Assembly (NCBI GenBank): GCA_011109175.1
Contig: RDEW01000018.1
Location: 1,041,222-1,105,221 of the forward strand
Direction: 5' to 3'
Source: Dicyema japonicum
Taxonomy: Eukaryota; Animalia; Dicyemida
DNA: 64,000 nt
Under the pieces are notes generated by a model. The model worked only from the letters and a program-made list of their open reading frames with translations, was not told the origin of the DNA and made no database searches. The position numbers were made by a program, and so were the translations under genes. Below are positions 58,600-64,000 of this stretch, piece by piece; position 1 is the first letter of the stretch; the number at the start of each line of letters is the position of its first letter.

Positions 58600-61500
58600 A
58601 GTCAGCTGCCACCCTCACTGCGTGGCTGTTCCCTCCCAGAATAACGAGCGAAGTTTGCTCAAATTAATTAAATCTCCCTGAAAAGAAATCACGTGATTTT
58701 TCAGCGAATCTCCTGAAAAGAAATCATGTGTGGTCTTGTTGTGAATAATTGTATCATCATGGAGCGTCGTTCATACAATGGATCAACACACATTACACCC
58801 GAGAGACTGGACACTACATGCTCTACATGCGGTTTTGCCAATGCACGCAAATATGGACTTTTCTGCTCGTCTTGCCTGACTTTTTCCACCTTGGATGCAT
58901 AAAGATGTCTCAGCGGGCTGCGTGCTCGCTCTGCCTTTGGAACTGCGGTGTCTGCATGGGAACTGGTCGGAAAACCCAGAGGATCATTCCAAACGAGCAC
59001 GTTGAACCAAACGAGCCTCTGGACTTCAATAATATGGACAACCTCTTGCTCTTCTTGTCGGATCTAAGGAAAGCCACGAAGATCCCAATCAGGATCCCAA
59101 GACCCGTCCGGATCCCCGCGGCTACATGTCTGGCCTCTGCAATTGACAATGCTCTCACTTCCGACGACCTGGAGGTCTGGCTAAAACTCCTCAGTTTTGC
59201 TCCGATGGCCCTTGGAATTCCATTTATCGACTCAAAGGGAGATCAACGGAATTCAGAGGAAAGCACGACACTTGGAAACTCCCTTTCCTCAAAAATGAAG
59301 AAGAACATCCAGGTTTTCTATGTGCATTCTTTCACCAAGACGGAAGTCAAGAAATCAAGACATTCTGATTCCAATCCTTCTGTTTATTTGAATGGCCCGG
59401 AAAAACTTAAAGAGAGAGTGAACCGCAAACTATTCGAAGGCGACGTCCGAGCGGCGTTGCGCGTCGTCGCCAGCGACGAAACTGTTATGGCTGCGACACC
59501 TGAGGTGCTAGAACTACTCAGACATAAACATCCATGTGCTCCGGAAGATTACCGCCCATTCGTGCTTCCGGGAAATTTGTCAAGGATGACCGTCACCGAA
59601 GGCGAAGTGCGACGCGGCATTTCGTCCTTTGCGGCGAGTAGCAGTGGAGGCATCGATGGCTTGCGGCCGGGTCACATCAAAGATCTTACGGCGGAGGCTA
59701 CTGCAGAAGCTGGCTGCAACCTTGTCAAATCAATTACAAAACTGGTTATGCGTATTTTGAACGGAGATATTCCTCCCCACGCAAGGGAGCTCCTTTTCAG
59801 TGCACATTTATTGGCCTTCAAAAAACCTGAAGGTGGGGTCCGCCCCATCGCAGTCGGCAACTATTTCAGAAGATTGACAGCGAAAATTGCATGCAGCATT
59901 GTCTCTCCGAGAATATCTGAAGAATTTTCCCCCTCCAACTGGGGGTTGGTGTAAGGAACGGATGCGAGGCGGCAGTGCATGCTGCGAGGTGTTTTTTTGG
60001 ACAGAATGACGAACAAAACCCACACATTGGGGTCAAGCTGGACATCTGCAATGCCTTCAATTCATTGAGGAGGGATCAAATTTTCGAAACTACAAGCAAA
60101 CGAGCCCCGGAACTTATTCCACTTGTCTTCCTCGCTTACGGAACAAATTCTTCACTGGTTTTCGGGGACAAGATTATCTGTTCGGAGACCGGAGTTCAAC
60201 AAGGAGACCCACTTGGTCCACTACTCTTCGCTCTGGCCATCGATGAAATTGTCCGCTCTATAAACACACAACTTAACCTTTGGTATCTTGATGACGCCAC
60301 AATTGGAGGGCCGTGGAGAAAAGTACACGACGTTCTGTCACATGCCGTGCCAGCACTACGAAACCTCGGACTTGAGATAAACATAAAGAAATCGGAGCTA
60401 ATAAATATCACATACTCGGAGAGTGATTTCATCAACGTGGTCGAGTCTTTCAACTCGGTATTACCTGGAATTACTGTCGTACCCAGGGAGCGGACATACT
60501 TTCTTGGGTGCCCACTTGACGAAAAGGAACTGCGGAGCCATCTACAAACAAAAGAGGATGAACTCTCCAGAGTCACGGAGAAACTTTCCTTACTCGATGG
60601 TCATACAGCGTTTTTCCTTTTGAAGAATAGCATCGGCTTGCCCAAACTCCTATATGCTCTCCGATGTTCTCCCTGCTTCAAACATCGTGACATCCTCCTG
60701 TCACTGGATAGGACATTGAGAAAATCGCTGAATTACTTCTAAACATCCAGTTTGATGCGCCGAGTTGGAACCAATGCAAGCTTCCTACACGCCTCGGGAA
60801 CGGGTCTCAGGTCGGCGCTGGAGATCGCCTATCCAGCATATGTGTCATCGCTCTCAAGTGGAAGCCTTTTGGTCCAAGAAATCCTACGTATTACAACCGG
60901 ACTCTCTTGGGAAAAAGTCTTCGACGAAGCTCGTTGCGAATGGTGTGAAACTGGTTTGGATATGCCGAACGATCCTTCGAGGCAACGTGACTGGGATGAT
61001 ATTTACTCCAAGAATATCTTCGACGTGCTAAAGTCTGAGGCCAACCAGCATCGTCTTGCATGCCTCGTGTCCGCCGCCAACCATGGGAGCGGAGCGTGGC
61101 TGGATGCACTCCCGTCTTCCTCCCTGGGGACCCTATTGGACGATGACTGTATTCGGATTGGAATCGCACAACGCCTGGGAGCTGATGTTTGCGTCGAACA
61201 CCAATGTCGCTGTGGAGGGATCGTCGATGCCAAAGGGCTGCACCCGCTCTCGTGCAAAAGGAGTGCGGGCAGAGCACCCCGCCATGCTGCTATGAACAAC
61301 ATTGTCTTGCGAGCTCTTGAAGCGGCAGGCTTCCCGGCAGTATTGGAACCTGTGGGATTGGACCGCGGAGATGGGAAAAGACCGGATGGGTTAACTGTCT
61401 TTCCGTTCACTGAGGGAAAATCGCTCGTATGGGACTGCACTGTTGTGGATTCTTTCTCGAACTCGATGATGCTCAGCTCGGCGCAGTCTGCTGGATCGGC

Positions 61501-61810
61501 AGCCGATCTGGCCGAAAAAATCAAGATTAAAAAATATGGCGAAATTGGAGACCGCTACCGTTTTGTACCGATAGCAATCGAGACGTCTGGTGCGGCTGGA
61601 AGTATTACAGCCTCTTTCCTAAAGGAAATCGGGGGAAAATTGGCCCACCGCAAGAAAGACGTGCGGGAAGCGGTCTGGCTGAGGCAAAGAATTGGTATCG
61701 CTGTTATTCGCGGAAACGCTTACTCCGTGATGTCAGCAGCCGCTCTCCCCATAGTTAATAAATAATATTTTATTGTTAATAAATTTTTGTTTTACAATTA
61801 ATTAAATTAA
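58600..61810 (+). mobile_element. near-intact CRE-clade non-LTR retrotransposon (PHD-RT-CCHC-REL), ORF ~58759-61765
   Basis: GVRPIAVG, KLDICNAFNS, GVQQGDPLGP, WYLDD, CRCG..HPLSC, RH, RPDG..D, ETSG, RGNA. Only four small deletions break the frame. Confidence 0.95.
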
Positions 61811-62099
61811 AAAAAATTAATTAAATAAATAATATTAAACGTAAAGTTTATTGTTTCTAAACGAAAAATGTGATGCCTTTTCACGCATTCTCCGTTTCTT
61901 TCGAGTACTTATAGCTTCAGGATCAATTCCACATAAGATCTGTTTAAATTTTTCATTTTCAACAAGATCTCTGATACATCCCTTAAATTGAAACATAAAA
62001 AAATCACTAAAGCCATGCTGTTTTTTTTAATTCGAAAGACCACGGTTAAACTAAAAAACTAAACTAAGTGATCCCGACGAATTGGATCAAGGCTCTCAT

Positions 62100-63900
62100 C
62101 ATTGTTCGGTGTTGATCTATTGAGACTACACAAGTTCGTTGCGGACGAGCACTTTCTTTTTGGCATTGTTGTCCATTTTTGTTTTTTTTCGATTATTTTC
62201 TCCATGGGAATTAATGTCTTCCCTTGTGTGCCATCTCTCCGTTAGCTTGAAGGCCCTTTTCTGGTTTGCGGAGTTTTCTGGATGTTCGTATAAGAGGCCA
62301 GTGGTCCCCATGAAGTACACGCATATGAAATGCATGATGGTTCGATGTACTGTGAGTAGAGCGTTTTAAGTATAGGGTGATGTCCAATTTTCCATAGACC
62401 TGCTAGGCATTTCAGAAGGTTGATTTTCTTCTCACATTTGATCAGCACGTTAGTGAAATGTCTCGAAAAGTTCATATGCGTATCCAATGTCAGACCCAAT
62501 ATTTTCTGCCATTTGCTGAACGGCAATGCTCTTCCCTCCGCAGTAACTTATATTGTCCTGTTTGACAATCTTTTGTCCGAGGAATAGAGTTGTAAGATTT
62601 TTCGGTATTGATTGACATCCGATTTTCATTAAACCACTCGAGTAGTCGATCCATGTGTTGTTGTATTCTTTCCGTCGCTGTTTGGGTGTTCTGATGCCGT
62701 GAGGCTAAGACGATATCGTCTGCATAAGCAAGAAACAGGTCGTCTTCTCCATTCGGCGTCGGAATGTCAGCCGTAAATAGGTTGAATAAATGGTGATAAC
62801 GGCAAGCCCTGGGGTACTCCATTTAAGAATAAACGGGAGACAGAATGAATGTTTCCAATGCACACTCTACCTCTTCGTCCGCTAAGGAAGTTCATCAGTC
62901 AGCGTTTGAGGTTTTCAGGGACATCTGATTGGTAGATTTTCCATGTTAGGTACTTCCTCGGCACAGAGTCGAAAGCTTTGTGGACGTCCAGTGAGCATAA
63001 CAAAGTTTTCTGGTTGTCTTGGTTTACACAGAAATCCAGAGCGAATAAAGTTATTCAGGGATGTGAGGAAACTCGTTGTGGACCGATCCTTTATGAAACC
63101 ATGCTGTAACGGTTTATCGGGAGTCCTTTCAGTAATTTTTGCGAGGATTAGTTTTTCCAGAATTTTTGACATGGAGCATAAAAGAGAAATAGGCTTGAAG
63201 GAAGCTGGGTCTTCTTTCGATTTTCCTAGATTAAATACTAAGCGAATGTTTCAAGTTTCCATATCGTTGGGATTGAGTTATAATTAATTGACCATTGTAG
63301 ATTTTGGTCAGGGTACCGATTCTCTCTTTGCCTAGGTTTTTCAGGAAAATTATGGGAATTCCGTCTGGACCATGACTTTTGTTTGGCTTAGGGATACCAT
63401 TACCTTCTTTTCCGTGAAATAAGTTAATTGATCCCTGTTCGGTTTTCTTAGGGTTCCGTTCCTTAACCAGAGCCTTCTTTCCGTACTCTCTTGTCTAAAC
63501 GACATAGCTTTTAGGGACAGCCATTTTTTTGTTTCCAGGATGACTTTGTTGACGTAGGCAACCACTATATCTGCATGGATTGCCCCCTTATAAATATCGG
63601 CACAGAGCAAGCTGGTAGATCTACAAAACCGATGTCTCATAATACTATTGAGATCGTCGAAAAAGACGTCCACTTCGTTACTACGGAGAACACTAAACGT
63701 CCCTCCAATCATGGAATATCTTACAGAACGCCATCGAGACTTCCTTAAGATGGCAAAGTCTTCTGACCATGTCCTCGGACCGCACATAAATCATATATGG
63801 ACGGCTGCTCGAGATATGTGAAGAAACCTTCCCCGCTGTAGAGATTAAGGACTCCAAAACTAACTTCAGAAAAAGGACACCGAGATCACTCAATCAGACG
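62100..63900 (-). mobile_element. degraded LINE ORF2
   Basis: FKPISLLCSMSKILE, QHGF, GVPQG, AYADD, KILGLTLDTHMNF. Confidence 0.88.
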
Positions 63901-64000
63901 ACAACTTTAATCGTCTTTCTCGTGATTTCGTGGTTAATAAAATAAAACAATTTTCTTTTGGATTTTCGCAGTTACTAGGTCCACTTGATGAGTGAATGCG

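Noticed and set aside
58600-58670. HDV-like ribozyme or SL-RNA target at the CRE 5' end
   Set aside because: Only isolated hairpins are visible. The 14/16 match to the hairpin at ~3196-3211 has no flanking similarity.
60196-61524. Antisense ORFs over the CRE element
   Set aside because: Expected shadows of a GC-richer coding strand; no motifs

Overview
AT-rich eukaryotic (metazoan) genomic DNA from a draft assembly, with one ~300-nt N gap and several single-N joins. It holds compact genes split by extremely short (20-27 nt) spliceosomal introns at conserved animal positions: Rab GDI, ARNT-type bHLH-PAS, tropomyosin, SWEET1, DCN1-like, EndoG/EXOG-like, TCP11-like and a few orphan genes. This architecture resembles that described for dicyemid mesozoans (inference, not verified). 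Between the genes lie many retroelements (Jockey/I-like and RTE-like LINE fragments, tRNA-derived SINEs, a near-intact PHD+RT+REL CRE-clade element with several relatives), hAT and Tc1-like DNA transposon derivatives, and six copies of a GT31 beta-1,3-galactosyltransferase gene, mostly disrupted. The most interesting signals concern splicing: donors with almost no consensus beyond GT, a candidate GT-TG intron and a GC-AG intron, and a ~154-nt island (3155-3308, minus) that folds into a U1-like four-way junction with an Sm site but lacks canonical U1 sequence. All gene models, alignments and folds were done by eye.
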